From the NCBI GenBank assembly GCA_944372505.1, contig CALVZK010000001.1, positions 213,687-277,686 on the forward strand: a DNA stretch of 64,000 nucleotides. Reading direction: 5' to 3'. Positions within the stretch are counted from its first letter, which is position 1; every line of letters starts with the position of its first letter. The position numbers and the translations under genes were made by a program. The stretch comes from an uncultured Clostridia bacterium. Lineage in GTDB: Bacteria > Bacillota > Clostridia > Christensenellales > UBA1242. This document shows positions 20,801-29,312 of this stretch, in pieces. Below the pieces are notes generated by a model, which made no database searches, was not told the DNA's origin, and saw nothing but the letters and a program-made list of their open reading frames with translations.

Positions 20801-23119
20801 GGCAATGGTGAAATTTATCAAATAACTGAATATGATGGATCTATCACTTACATATCTAATGAAACCTTAAAGTTCTCATTTAACAAACTTCTTTATAATA
20901 TTTCTATATTTAATCAAAACAATCAAGATATTACTCAAAATATGATTGTTGTTGACAATCCTGCTACAAATATTTCTTACTATCTATTTGAACCAACAAC
21001 AGATAATATATGGAATGATTATTATAAAATTGTAATTTCTGATAGCGAAACTATGCTAGAAATTGATACCCTACACCTAAGATTATATTATGTTCTACCA
21101 TTTATTACTGATCTTTATAACGAAGTCTCAAATGGAGGAATACTTTTTAGCGACAACCGTTCACAACCATTAACAGATTTTGGAGATAGCGGTGTAAAAA
21201 CAGTTTATTTTGAAGGAAAACCTTATACTAACAATGTTAAATCTTTGACCACTTATTCACAAGTTATATCTTTAAGATTTAGAGATGGACAAAGTTATGC
21301 TAATGAAGGACTATTCTCTTATCAAGATGGTTTTAGTTACAGTGTCTACTTGTCTAAAGACAATGGTCAAAATTGGACGAATATTAATAGTTCTACTTCC
21401 GCTACAACAGCCTATACACTTAATGGTACTGGAACATATTTGTTACTTATAAAATATGACAGTGATGAAATATTTACAGATTTATGTCAAATTTACCAAA
21501 TTAATATTTTAGATAGCAAGGCTTCTTATTATTATATATCTGTTGATGGTTTAGAAGTAAAAAGAAACGATATTAAATTCACTGACCAAAATGGCAAAGA
21601 ATATGAAGTTAATTATATCGTTAGCGTAAACTATGCAGATAAAAATAATAGATTAGCGATCGTCCCTAACGAAGAACTCAATGTAGTTTGCAATCTTGTA
21701 TCAACACAAACAACTGGAACAGAAGTCTATGTCGAAATTTATCATTATGAATGTTCTCAAGCTAGAGGAGACTTTACTATTATTTATATCGAAGAAAACA
21801 ACAATTTTGTAAGCCAATTTACTTACGAAACTGCTAGCGGAACAGATGAAAACATTAAATCAAGTTCTTCTGTTGTTGTAGTTGCTAACAGCGAAACTGA
21901 AAGCAATTTTAATAAATTAAAACTTGAATTTACATCATATTATGGAATTAAAGAAAATTCTATAAATATAAAAGTTCTTAAATTGTTCAATGGAACATAT
22001 GTCGAAATATTCCCAACTAAATATACATCTGGAGATCTTTCTTATATTTATCTCGAAAAAGCAGGTTCTTATAGAGTTAGCCTATATGATTCTTGCACCC
22101 CTGCTAATGTTCAATTATTTAAAAATGGTGAGTATCTTGATATAATTTTCCTAAACTATACACCTTTTATTGTTACCTATTATACAGGAACTGGTGAACA
22201 ACAAGTAGAACATAAAACAGAGTTTGTTCAAAATGCTGTTTATAATGGTAATGTTGTTCTAGGTCTGACCAACCTATCAACTTATTATCAACTTGCCGGC
22301 TACCCTGTCATTTCAGTCAAACTGAATGGACAAAATTATAAAAATTATGAATCCAAAAATAATGTCTATACCTTCTCACAACCTGGCTACTATTCTATTA
22401 CATTTACGGCTACAAGTACAACAGGTGTTCCTATTAGACAACAAGAATTTAACTTTACAATTATAAATCAAAATGAATCAAGATTTGCCTATGAATTCCC
22501 TCAATTTGAAAATTATTATATTGAAAAAATTACTAAAGATGGAATTGATATCACTCAATCTCTAATCGAAATTTCAAATTTAAAAACTATTTCAATAAAT
22601 GGTAATAAATACCTAGCAGAACTTATAGTAAATTATCTTGATCAAAAAACTGGTGCTGGCAGATATGAAGTTACAATAAATACTAATGATAAATCTTATA
22701 TTAATACTACAGACGAGAAATTTACATTTAGTTTCTGGATTAACAAAGCTACTCCTCCTATTAACATCTCGGTTGCAGAAGGTCAAAGTACAACTGACAA
22801 TATAACAATCTCGTTTAATGTTCAAAACTTATACAATGCAATTGGTGACTGTTACTTTAAAATTGATAATACTAGACTTGATATAACAAGTGAAACAATC
22901 CCTACTTTAGGTAATAATTTAGTTTATACAATAGACCAAACAGGTACGTATTATGTACAAATTTATTCTATGAGTGGACATTTACTCTTCTCTTATAAAG
23001 TAACAAAAGAAGAACCTTTAAATGCTTTTGCAATCATTGCCATTGTATTGGGAGTTGTTGCCGCTGGCGCAATCATTGGAATCACAATTGCAATTAGAAA
23101 AAAACAAAAAATTAAATAA
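14816..23119 (+). CDS. giant (2767 aa) surface protein with N-terminal signal peptide and C-terminal TM anchor
   Basis: A single uninterrupted ORF. The N-terminus KKIFYSLIFSFALLSSICLGAF is signal-like. The C-terminus AFAIIAIVLGVVAAGAIIGITIAIRKKQKIK is a TM anchor with a positive tail. The body is Asn/Thr/Ser/Tyr-rich and beta-like. Confidence 0.8.
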   Translation: MIRVKKIFYSLIFSFALLSSICLGAFLKSNPNNTLNYSSAQTPTYGFISNALPTEGYFNISSTEDVGYVGNEAFLFNPNSNLTLNIAQNTIANGEEKNFAYIPSGQPQEGETAQEYYYFNFQNSLSLFYNLTNEQIASGQSGTNILTDTPITNFAKENENPFTVEGINITPEQFNLIFALNTALEECQISNEKITLNKEGIYTLQIPLTYYYTNNGGITFNSKSVTINYTFMIFNSTTYFNNTTGLQNILIDDNMQESTISTSETFSRYYFYNYSHYASVKELPKISYNPNLYRISISYTDIEKNTTFSTVVYENNVLTQYDVNGNVIDEENYFIYPVLDTNGNISIYFNDLGNYDISFEYLYISSSNETSTIYKLPFENLLGDVNIQNKNQRLYIYGYQLAYSDYSSLDPLTNQPEGVELKTLSIDQNGGKYENNADITSEVNECMGENGLHGNMSSPSQPNPYENLQTFALNYINSKNIIPVSTNQTPIKFLNNVNAVSTYSKIYNVSVNDDGKYTLDEGTDFQGFNQNTAGTYLYIIQYTYDNYMSTSGTLQQSYYHYQIFFFEVTNITPTITVLDESFNEIYNNGYTNQSVYVLNDAENNIYDAKITITLSAYDYSNKKHFFENVNVNDLNKYGMSYGIFNNPDNDEINGKYGFKIDNTSQYANAKFTVKISTLSSSSPGIKEFTIDTNEITGITTRNVQSSTGTQYIISSNFSQYNTNQSFIYSWNEKASGATTYGYIKRIDLESINYYSSQTSVSSLTNLLNYWIRQQIFPVSYKLNIANSSNWRDYQNSFNYSNVIDATYVLSTSGLYILEIYDKAGNSAFYLTLLDDSQPVFVQISSGMTTSYQILTNSQTISIPEDGTNISINWGNKKAIYLDNKSNYTEIKPYSATLNLSQAKENLQECLKNFFEASQNPDILNVSGAISVPTVSGEDVIETGISSYNGDYLLIDIKEKAYVKDTMSSTLSAYIGNSYDIDFIDDNGKAIEGTYIISLIDNSNTKIIGNDSIDYTNNPSSFITFNVTSDAARLSVYYEKDNQKTQLIFANYSLTGKLYEKDNSYTHNPDELENANLTDLTYKFSYYTPTNTDNLIKISYVPFAENGSILDSLTLKYYPYEKQNEENGDRNEFYYTISSSPTKTINIYSYNKSTVYDTGEELIFELALGSTDYPLAGRYVLTRQYTTENQNGETDTNSYSSYDYFRRTITFDVDDFNLISPTETITSNNYSSLESLVGGDIFVNMYSDSTDTSIQVTFPTYTNGLNTGSFYTKNNFTSEKETVNYSVSGDKLPISLYIPSVKYTKYNKVTKDENSINFENIKNEVLSYYGNAKVERGTDNLWYVIVEGVTDGNAFTTEQDAYNYLYNSLTIEEYNIKANIVANVNGTKYYTTNGTSVNGFLQFFEADEKYNIINNTPIEYFYEEGNYEITISQASNLGNLSSFYSIYKFGFEIISQKPDFDIIGSDGYLLQEVGSTNTYYTNSDMLTIQWEIPTSIYKAKIDESAITITSTEGTILPSEIDTSSSTIHSFTIDTSTLTHSTRPNPALTITMQYEGFNSKYYQKVTKTIYFDISAPTANLVNLMALTENATSGTFTQNFQQLSMRRYFDNNHQEISISSLNDISNMSYSYSMNTGYFKYYSYNVNEDFFYKTLMETINNSYLNNYNTQYIYYREIASLDSYNQVDKDSFSTNSYTLLINSSDLGLRRGYYEIVERDYAGNMCVYLVYLIDSKSQETNQDKYNIALNYKNSSHENNFEITNDEIVDGFNIYSNSGFTINSYNYKSDPWGMLYVKLAGQSVIRYLQSPWLENGYIYKMTISSSGFTLDSVPLSSIFENVNSSNNKHTLTLSDRTTGYANTIYLSIMDASINTQKIEDPNKTSVILNISVPSLSEYNSTTTSYVFPEKINIYRFDNIEGVASWNLIYIANQNPYGTWTPDSSTPSDSISFNTINSDHTLQIIINMGNYSTSKIKFEITDNFDNNTTIIQLANEIAYDQISGNGEIYQITEYDGSITYISNETLKFSFNKLLYNISIFNQNNQDITQNMIVVDNPATNISYYLFEPTTDNIWNDYYKIVISDSETMLEIDTLHLRLYYVLPFITDLYNEVSNGGILFSDNRSQPLTDFGDSGVKTVYFEGKPYTNNVKSLTTYSQVISLRFRDGQSYANEGLFSYQDGFSYSVYLSKDNGQNWTNINSSTSATTAYTLNGTGTYLLLIKYDSDEIFTDLCQIYQINILDSKASYYYISVDGLEVKRNDIKFTDQNGKEYEVNYIVSVNYADKNNRLAIVPNEELNVVCNLVSTQTTGTEVYVEIYHYECSQARGDFTIIYIEENNNFVSQFTYETASGTDENIKSSSSVVVVANSETESNFNKLKLEFTSYYGIKENSINIKVLKLFNGTYVEIFPTKYTSGDLSYIYLEKAGSYRVSLYDSCTPANVQLFKNGEYLDIIFLNYTPFIVTYYTGTGEQQVEHKTEFVQNAVYNGNVVLGLTNLSTYYQLAGYPVISVKLNGQNYKNYESKNNVYTFSQPGYYSITFTATSTTGVPIRQQEFNFTIINQNESRFAYEFPQFENYYIEKITKDGIDITQSLIEISNLKTISINGNKYLAELIVNYLDQKTGAGRYEVTINTNDKSYINTTDEKFTFSFWINKATPPINISVAEGQSTTDNITISFNVQNLYNAIGDCYFKIDNTRLDITSETIPTLGNNLVYTIDQTGTYYVQIYSMSGHLLFSYKVTKEEPLNAFAIIAIVLGVVAAGAIIGITIAIRKKQKIK

Positions 23120-23124
23120 AAAAA

Positions 23125-23153
23125 AGATACCTGAAATAGGTATCTTTTTTTTT
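23125..23153 (+). terminator. rho-independent terminator
   Basis: AGATACCT-gaaat-AGGTATCT followed by T9. Confidence 0.85.
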
Positions 23154-23241
23154 ATTTTTATGAAAACAAACTATCTTGAATATATTGATTAAATAGGATA
23201 ATAAAAAAGCATATGGTTTATTTGCATATGCTTTTATTTAA

Positions 23242-23922
23242 TTATAATGTAACATTAATTTTGATTCCTGGCCCCATTGTAGATGCAATTGCCACATTTT
23301 TAAAATACTGACCTTTTGCAGCTGCTGGTTTTGCTTTAATTAATGCTTCAATTACAGTGTTAAAATTGTCTACAAGTTTTTCTTTACCAAAACTTACTTT
23401 TCCTATTACAACATGAACATTGTTTGTCTTATCTAATCGGTATTCAACTTTACCTGCTTTAGCATCATTTATTGCTTTTACGACATCCATTGTAACTGTA
23501 CCACTTTTTGGATTAGGCATAAGTCCTTTAGGCCCGAGTACTCTCGCAACTCTTCCAACAAGCCCCATCATATCAGGTGTTGTAATACAAACATCAAAAT
23601 CTAACCAACCACCTTGTATTTTTGAAATAATATCTTCAGCTCCGACATAATCAGCTCCTGCTTTTGCAGCATCATCTGCTTTGTCGCCTTTAGCTATTAC
23701 TAAAACTTTTAACTCCTTACCTGTTCCATGTGGAAGTATACATGTTCCTCTTACTTGTTGATCTGCATTTTTCCCATCAACTCCAAGTCTTACATGAAGT
23801 TCAACTGTTTCGTCAAACTTTGCTTTTGGAAGTGACAATAATGCGTCAATTCCACTTGCTATGTCAAATGATTTTTGCTTAACAAGTTTGGATGCTTCTG
23901 CGTGTCTTCTACTTTCTTTCAT
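23242..23922 (-). CDS. rplA: 50S ribosomal protein L1
   Basis: Typical L1 sequence ([39 protein letters not shown]). Confidence 0.95.
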   Translation of the reverse strand: MKESRRHAEASKLVKQKSFDIASGIDALLSLPKAKFDETVELHVRLGVDGKNADQQVRGTCILPHGTGKELKVLVIAKGDKADDAAKAGADYVGAEDIISKIQGGWLDFDVCITTPDMMGLVGRVARVLGPKGLMPNPKSGTVTMDVVKAINDAKAGKVEYRLDKTNNVHVVIGKVSFGKEKLVDNFNTVIEALIKAKPAAAKGQYFKNVAIASTMGPGIKINVTL

Positions 23923-23933
23923 ATCTTCCTCCC

Positions 23934-24362
23934 TTATTCTACAACAGTTACGCCCATACTTCTTGCGGCGCCTTCAATCATAGACATAGCGGATTCTATA
24001 CTTGTACAATTTAAGTCTGGCATTTTTGTTTCTGCAATTTGTCTAATTTGTTCTTTTGTTATAGTTCCGACTTTTGTTTTGTTTGGTACTGCTGACCCCT
24101 TTTCGATTCCAATAGCTTTCATAATTAATATTGCTGCTGGTGGAGTCTTAAGTACAAATGAAAAACTTCTATCTGCATAGATAGTTACAACAACAGGAAT
24201 TACTAATCCTGCTTGAGAAGCTGTCTTCTCATTAAATTCTTTTGTAAAGCCTGCGATGTTTATCCCATGTGGACCTAGTGATGAACCAACTGGAGGTCCT
24301 GGAGTGGCTTTACCTGCTGGTAGTTGTAATTTTACAACTGCCGAAATTTTTTTCTCTGCCAT
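23934..24362 (-). CDS. rplK: 50S ribosomal protein L11
   Basis: [26 protein letters not shown]...; start set at ATG 24362 after a GGAGGAG SD. Confidence 0.95.
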   Translation of the reverse strand: MAEKKISAVVKLQLPAGKATPGPPVGSSLGPHGINIAGFTKEFNEKTASQAGLVIPVVVTIYADRSFSFVLKTPPAAILIMKAIGIEKGSAVPNKTKVGTITKEQIRQIAETKMPDLNCTSIESAMSMIEGAARSMGVTVVE

Positions 24363-24484
24363 TTTTCTCCTCCTTTTGTGGTTTTTGAATGGTAGCAGTT
24401 CCATTCTCCCACGATTTTTTATCAAAGTTTGACTTTGATTGTATATTCAGCACTTTTCAGTGCGGTATACCCATTTTATATATT

Positions 24485-25159
24485 TTAAGAATTAATTTTT
24501 CTTACTTGTGATATTTCTACATCTACTGTAGTCTCTCTTCCAAACATTTCTACTACAACTGAAACAATCCCTGTTTCGCTATTAACTTGATTAACTGTCC
24601 CAACCATTCCATTTAATGGACCATTTATGATCTCTATCTTATCTCCATTTTCAAGATCAATCTCAACTTTGATATTCTCAAGTCTTAATTTTCTTACTTC
24701 TTCTTCAGTTAATGCAAGAGGTCGTCCTTTTGGTCCTACAAAGCCGGTTATTCCTCTAGTTCGAGTCACATTATGCCATAAGTCGTCAGCGTATTTCATC
24801 TTTACCAAAATATAGCAAGGCATTGCTTTTCTTTGTACTAATTTTTTCTTACCATTTTTCTCTTCTACAACATCTTCCATTGGAATAATAATATCAAATA
24901 TTCTATCCTGTAAATTGAATTTTTCTACTACAGTTTCTAGATTTTCTTTCGCTACATTTTCATAACCGGAGAATGTATGCAAAACATACCATTTTTCAGG
25001 CAAACTATCAACAAATTCTTTATAGGTTTTTTCGTCTTCAGAAAGTTCTTTTTCGATTTCTTCAGCCTTTTCTTCTTGTTCTTTAATTATTTCTGCATTG
25101 TCACTTACTTTTATTGATTGAACTTCTTCAACTTCTACAAAATCTTTTTTTTCTTCCAT
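24485..25159 (-). CDS. nusG: transcription termination/antitermination factor NusG with acidic N-terminal extension
   Basis: KWYVLHTFSGYENVAKENLE NGN domain and C-terminal KOW (GDKIEIINGPLNGMVGTV). About 50 extra acidic residues at the N-terminus. Confidence 0.9.
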   Translation of the reverse strand: MEEKKDFVEVEEVQSIKVSDNAEIIKEQEEKAEEIEKELSEDEKTYKEFVDSLPEKWYVLHTFSGYENVAKENLETVVEKFNLQDRIFDIIIPMEDVVEEKNGKKKLVQRKAMPCYILVKMKYADDLWHNVTRTRGITGFVGPKGRPLALTEEEVRKLRLENIKVEIDLENGDKIEIINGPLNGMVGTVNQVNSETGIVSVVVEMFGRETTVDVEISQVRKINS

Positions 25160-25169
25160 AATTCCCTCT

Positions 25170-25595
25170 TTACTTTTTCAACAACCCTACCAAATAATAC
25201 ATTCCAGTGTCTATGCCAAAAATAACAATAGCAAAAATTAATACAACTACAAGTACCACTCCTGTTTTTTTGCAGACATCTCCAAAAGTAGGCCATGTTA
25301 CTTTCTTTAATTCTGAAAAAGTTTCTTTGGTTTTTCTCTTAAATTTACCTTTCTCTTTTTTGTCCTTTTTTTGTTTCTTGTTTTCTTTAGTAACCTTTTC
25401 ATTTGATACTTGCTTTGTTACAACTTCTTTTGAAGATTTGCTTTCTTCTTTTATATTAACAACATCTTCGTTTTTATTTGCAGTTGCTTCTTGAGTATTA
25501 ACTTGTTCCTCATTTAAATTTGCATTAGAAACAATAGGTGTATTCTTTACACCTGTTGTCTTTTTTGCCTTTTTTGATTTCTTGCTTTTTGACAT
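25170..25595 (-). CDS. secE: preprotein translocase SecE with long Lys-rich N-terminal extension
   Basis: C-terminus ELKKVTWPT...TM helix is SecE-like. Position between rpmG and nusG. Confidence 0.8.
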   Translation of the reverse strand: MSKSKKSKKAKKTTGVKNTPIVSNANLNEEQVNTQEATANKNEDVVNIKEESKSSKEVVTKQVSNEKVTKENKKQKKDKKEKGKFKRKTKETFSELKKVTWPTFGDVCKKTGVVLVVVLIFAIVIFGIDTGMYYLVGLLKK

Positions 25596-25610
25596 AAATC
25601 CCCCAAAAGA

Positions 25611-25772
25611 TTATTTTGTTTCTTTGTGAACAGTTCTCTTTCCACAACGAGGACAGAATTTTGTTATTTCTATTCTTTCTGGATTTGCCGTTGTGTTTTT
25701 GCTTGTTGAATAGTTTCTTTCTTGACATTCTGTACAAGCTAATGTAATTGTTTTACGTTTTGGTGCAGCCAT
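25611..25772 (-). CDS. rpmG: 50S ribosomal protein L33
   Basis: Not in the ORF track (53 aa). Hand translation [53 protein letters not shown], with AGGAGAAAG SD. Confidence 0.9.
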   Translation of the reverse strand: MAAPKRKTITLACTECQERNYSTSKNTTANPERIEITKFCPRCGKRTVHKETK

Positions 25773-25917
25773 TTTCTTTCTCCTAACAAAAAACTAACAC
25801 CCCTTCACGAAGTGTTAGCATTATATTATCATATTGAAGATTTATTGTCAACAATTATTAATGAATTTTTGTTATTATTTTTATTATTAATTAAATATGA
25901 CAACTTATGACATTTTA

Positions 25918-26196
25918 TTATTTTAAATCTTTTTCTGTAATTGTCGCGTCTATTAACATTAGATATTCATCTTTGTTTATAGTCTTATTTACTGTTTCAT
26001 AATCTGTTGGCAAATTAAATTCAAAATCATATTTTTCTACGCAAATAAAATATGCTTTTAAACATTCTTTTGCATAAAGATATGCTTCCTCTACCACATC
26101 TCCATCGGTTGAAATATCAAGGTCTGGGAAAAATACTTTTATGTTTTCTTCTTCTTTGTCTTTTATAAAGATAGCGGGATAGATAAATGTCTTCAT
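25918..26196 (-). CDS. HicB-like (UPF0150) antitoxin-fold protein, no adjacent HicA
   Basis: YPAIFIKD....KVFFPDLDISTDGDVVEEAYLYAKECL matches the HicB N-terminal pattern. Confidence 0.6.
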   Translation of the reverse strand: MKTFIYPAIFIKDKEEENIKVFFPDLDISTDGDVVEEAYLYAKECLKAYFICVEKYDFEFNLPTDYETVNKTINKDEYLMLIDATITEKDLK

Positions 26197-26317
26197 GTAA
26201 ATTGCTCCTAAATGTATTCTACCATAAAAAAAGTGTTTTACAAAATAATTTAAACACTTTTTTAATTTTAGAATTGAATTTTATGAAATCGTTCCATATA
26301 CATATTTATTATATGCT

Positions 26318-29047
26318 CTAATTGTGATCATTATCCCAACAACAATTTTTATATTTTTTTCCACTTCCACATGGACAAGGATCATTTCTTCCTGCTTTTG
26401 GTTTGTTATTATAAACAGTTTTTTGTACTTGCAATTTTTTCTTTTTTTCAGCCTCTTTTGCTTTCTCTTCTGGAGTTAACTCTTTTCCAGTAAACACAAT
26501 TTTTACTGGCTTCGGTGCTGATTCTTGTGGCCTTTGTCTTATTTCCGCATTTAATAATACCTTACAAGTGCTTTCTTTGATTTTATCTATCATATTATCA
26601 AACATTTCAAAGCCTTCTTTCTTGTATGCTAAAACAGGATCTTGTTGTCCAAACTGCCTAGATAAAATTTCGTCCTTCATTATCTGCATATCCTCTATTT
26701 GGCTCATCCAATTGACATCTACCATACGCAATAATACATTTCTTTCAAGATCTTCAAAGTCTATACCATATGATTTTACTTCTTCTTCCCTTTCTTTATA
26801 ACGTTTAAGTACTAAATCTTCTACTTTCTCAAGAATATCTTGACTGTCACATCCTTCTATAAAGTCATCATTAATAATATTGCTATCTTTTGGAATTAAT
26901 CCATTTTCTAATTCTTTTTTCAATGCTTCTATATCCCATTCATAATATGGACGATCATCATCAATTACTTTGTTTAATGATTTAGATATAACCTCTGGAA
27001 ACATCCTTAAAATTTGCTCATGGATTGGTTCACCATCTAGTACTTTATTCCTTTCAGCATATATTATTTCTCTCTGCTTATTCATAACATCATCAAATCT
27101 CAAAACTGTCTTTCTTATACCAAAGTTTTGTAGTTCAATTCTTCTTTGTGATGCTTCTACTTGTTTTGCTATTGCTTTCATTTGAATTGGTGTAGAATCA
27201 TCTATTTTGAAAAATGCTAGTATGCTTCGTAGTTTATCTGTGGCAAATCTTTTAAATAAATCATCATCTAAAGAAAGATAAAAAATACTTGAACCTGGAT
27301 CACCTTGTCTACCAGATCTTCCACGCAACTGATTATCTATTCGTCTTGATTCGTGCCTTTCTGTTCCTATAATGTGAAGCCCACCAATAGATTTTACTTC
27401 TTCTTTTTCTTTGTCTGTTTCTTCTTTATGTTTTTGATATAATTTTTGATATTCTTCTCTTGCTTTATTTAATTGTTCATCTTCAATATAGTTAAAAGCT
27501 GTAGCATAAGATATTTCTTCCTCACTAAAACCTTTATCTCTCATTTCTTTTGTAGCCATAAATTCTGGATTACCACCAAGTAAAATGTCTGTACCTCTAC
27601 CAGCCATATTAGTTGCAATTGTAACAGTTCCTTTTCTACCAGCTTGAGCAACTATTTCACTTTCTTTTTCATTATTTTTAGCATTTAAAACTTGATGTTT
27701 AACTCCTGCTTTCTTTAATTCCCTTGACAAAAGTTCTGATTTGTCAATGTTGATTGTTCCAACTAAAACTGGTTGTCCTTTTTCTTGACAATCTTTTATT
27801 TCTTCTATTATCGCTTTGATTTTACCACTTTCAGTTATATACATTATATCTGGATAATCTATTCTTTGTTTAGGCAAATTTGAAGGTATAGTTACAACGT
27901 CCAAATTATAAATTGTCCTAAATTCTCCCTCTTCTGTTTTTGCTGTACCAGTCATACCCGAAAGTTTTGTATAAAGCCTGAAAAAATTCTGGAAAGTAAT
28001 TGTTGCAAAAGTTTGATTTTCGTCCTTTATATCTACTCCCTCTTTCGCCTCTATAGCTTGATGTAGACCCGAACTAAATCTTCTCCCCGGAGAAAGTCTT
28101 CCTGTAAATTCATCGACAATTATTACTTCTCCGTCTTTAACAATATAATTTTCATCTATATGCATGATAAAATTAGCACGAAGTGCGTTATTAATATAAT
28201 GATTTATTTCTATGTTATTAATGTCTGATAAGTTATCAACATTATAAAATCTTTCAGCTTTTGTTATACCACTTTCTGTTAAATTAATTTGTTTTGTTTT
28301 TATGTCTATATCTACATCATCTTCCTTTAGAGTTTTCGCAAACTTTTGAGCTACATTATACCCATCTGTAGATTTTCCACCCCTTCCACTAATTATCAAA
28401 GGAGTTCTAGCCTCATCGATTAAAATACTATCAACTTCATCGACAATTGCAAAGTTCAGGCCTCTTTGAACTCGTTCATTACTCGTCCTCGCCATGTTGT
28501 CTCTTAAATAGTCGAACCCCAACTCATTGTTAGTAGTATACGTTATATCCGCTAAATATGCTATTTTCTTTTCTTGATCTTTTTGACCATTCAGAGAAAC
28601 GCCAACAGTTAAACCTAAAAATTTATAAACTTTTCCCATCCACTGAGCATCTCTTTTAGCAAGATATTCATTGACCGTTACTATGTGTACTCCCTTACCT
28701 GTAATTGCATTTAAATAAGCAGGAAGCGTTGCAACTAATGTTTTTCCTTCTCCAGTAGCCATCTCTGCAATTCTACCTTGATGAAGAGCAATTCCTCCTA
28801 AAATTTGCACATAAAAATGTCTCATATTTAAAACACGACTTGATGCTTCTCTTACAACAGCAAAAGCTTCAGGTAAAAGATCATTTAAACTTTCCCCAAC
28901 TTTATATCTTTGTTTAAATTCTTCAGTACAAGCCCTTAATTGTTCATTAGAATAATTTTTATATTTTTCTTCTAACGCATCTACTTTATCTGCTATTTTT
29001 TTTAACTTTTTTATTTGTGCCTTATTTTCATTTCCAAATAGTCCCAT
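26318..29047 (-). CDS. secA: preprotein translocase ATPase SecA
   Basis: 909 aa. MATGEGKTLVATLP Walker A, DEVDSILIDEARTPLIIS, C-terminal zinc motif CPCGSGKKYKNCC. Confidence 0.97.
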   Translation of the reverse strand: MGLFGNENKAQIKKLKKIADKVDALEEKYKNYSNEQLRACTEEFKQRYKVGESLNDLLPEAFAVVREASSRVLNMRHFYVQILGGIALHQGRIAEMATGEGKTLVATLPAYLNAITGKGVHIVTVNEYLAKRDAQWMGKVYKFLGLTVGVSLNGQKDQEKKIAYLADITYTTNNELGFDYLRDNMARTSNERVQRGLNFAIVDEVDSILIDEARTPLIISGRGGKSTDGYNVAQKFAKTLKEDDVDIDIKTKQINLTESGITKAERFYNVDNLSDINNIEINHYINNALRANFIMHIDENYIVKDGEVIIVDEFTGRLSPGRRFSSGLHQAIEAKEGVDIKDENQTFATITFQNFFRLYTKLSGMTGTAKTEEGEFRTIYNLDVVTIPSNLPKQRIDYPDIMYITESGKIKAIIEEIKDCQEKGQPVLVGTINIDKSELLSRELKKAGVKHQVLNAKNNEKESEIVAQAGRKGTVTIATNMAGRGTDILLGGNPEFMATKEMRDKGFSEEEISYATAFNYIEDEQLNKAREEYQKLYQKHKEETDKEKEEVKSIGGLHIIGTERHESRRIDNQLRGRSGRQGDPGSSIFYLSLDDDLFKRFATDKLRSILAFFKIDDSTPIQMKAIAKQVEASQRRIELQNFGIRKTVLRFDDVMNKQREIIYAERNKVLDGEPIHEQILRMFPEVISKSLNKVIDDDRPYYEWDIEALKKELENGLIPKDSNIINDDFIEGCDSQDILEKVEDLVLKRYKEREEEVKSYGIDFEDLERNVLLRMVDVNWMSQIEDMQIMKDEILSRQFGQQDPVLAYKKEGFEMFDNMIDKIKESTCKVLLNAEIRQRPQESAPKPVKIVFTGKELTPEEKAKEAEKKKKLQVQKTVYNNKPKAGRNDPCPCGSGKKYKNCCWDNDHN

Positions 29048-29312
29048 CTTTTCTCCTTAAAAAAGTTCTAATAGAAATTTTAAACTAAAAGTTTTTATTT
29101 AGATATTACAAAAATTCCAAGACAAAATTATTTACCAAAACTTTTGTTAGATATAATTTTAACATAATTTTAATAAATGTCAAAGTTTTTACTATTCATA
29201 AATAATTTTATTTTTTTTCTTTTGTCGTATTTTAATTTTTTTTATATATTAATATTGACTTTTTGCTAAAATATAGTATAATTAACCTAAAGAAAAATAA
29301 AGGAGAAAAAAA

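Noticed and set aside
25525-25737. 70-aa ORF in the track spanning the secE/rpmG junction.
   Set aside because: It is out of frame with the genuine L33 gene (25611-25772), which translates to a canonical L33 sequence. It is a Lys/Asn-rich shadow frame.
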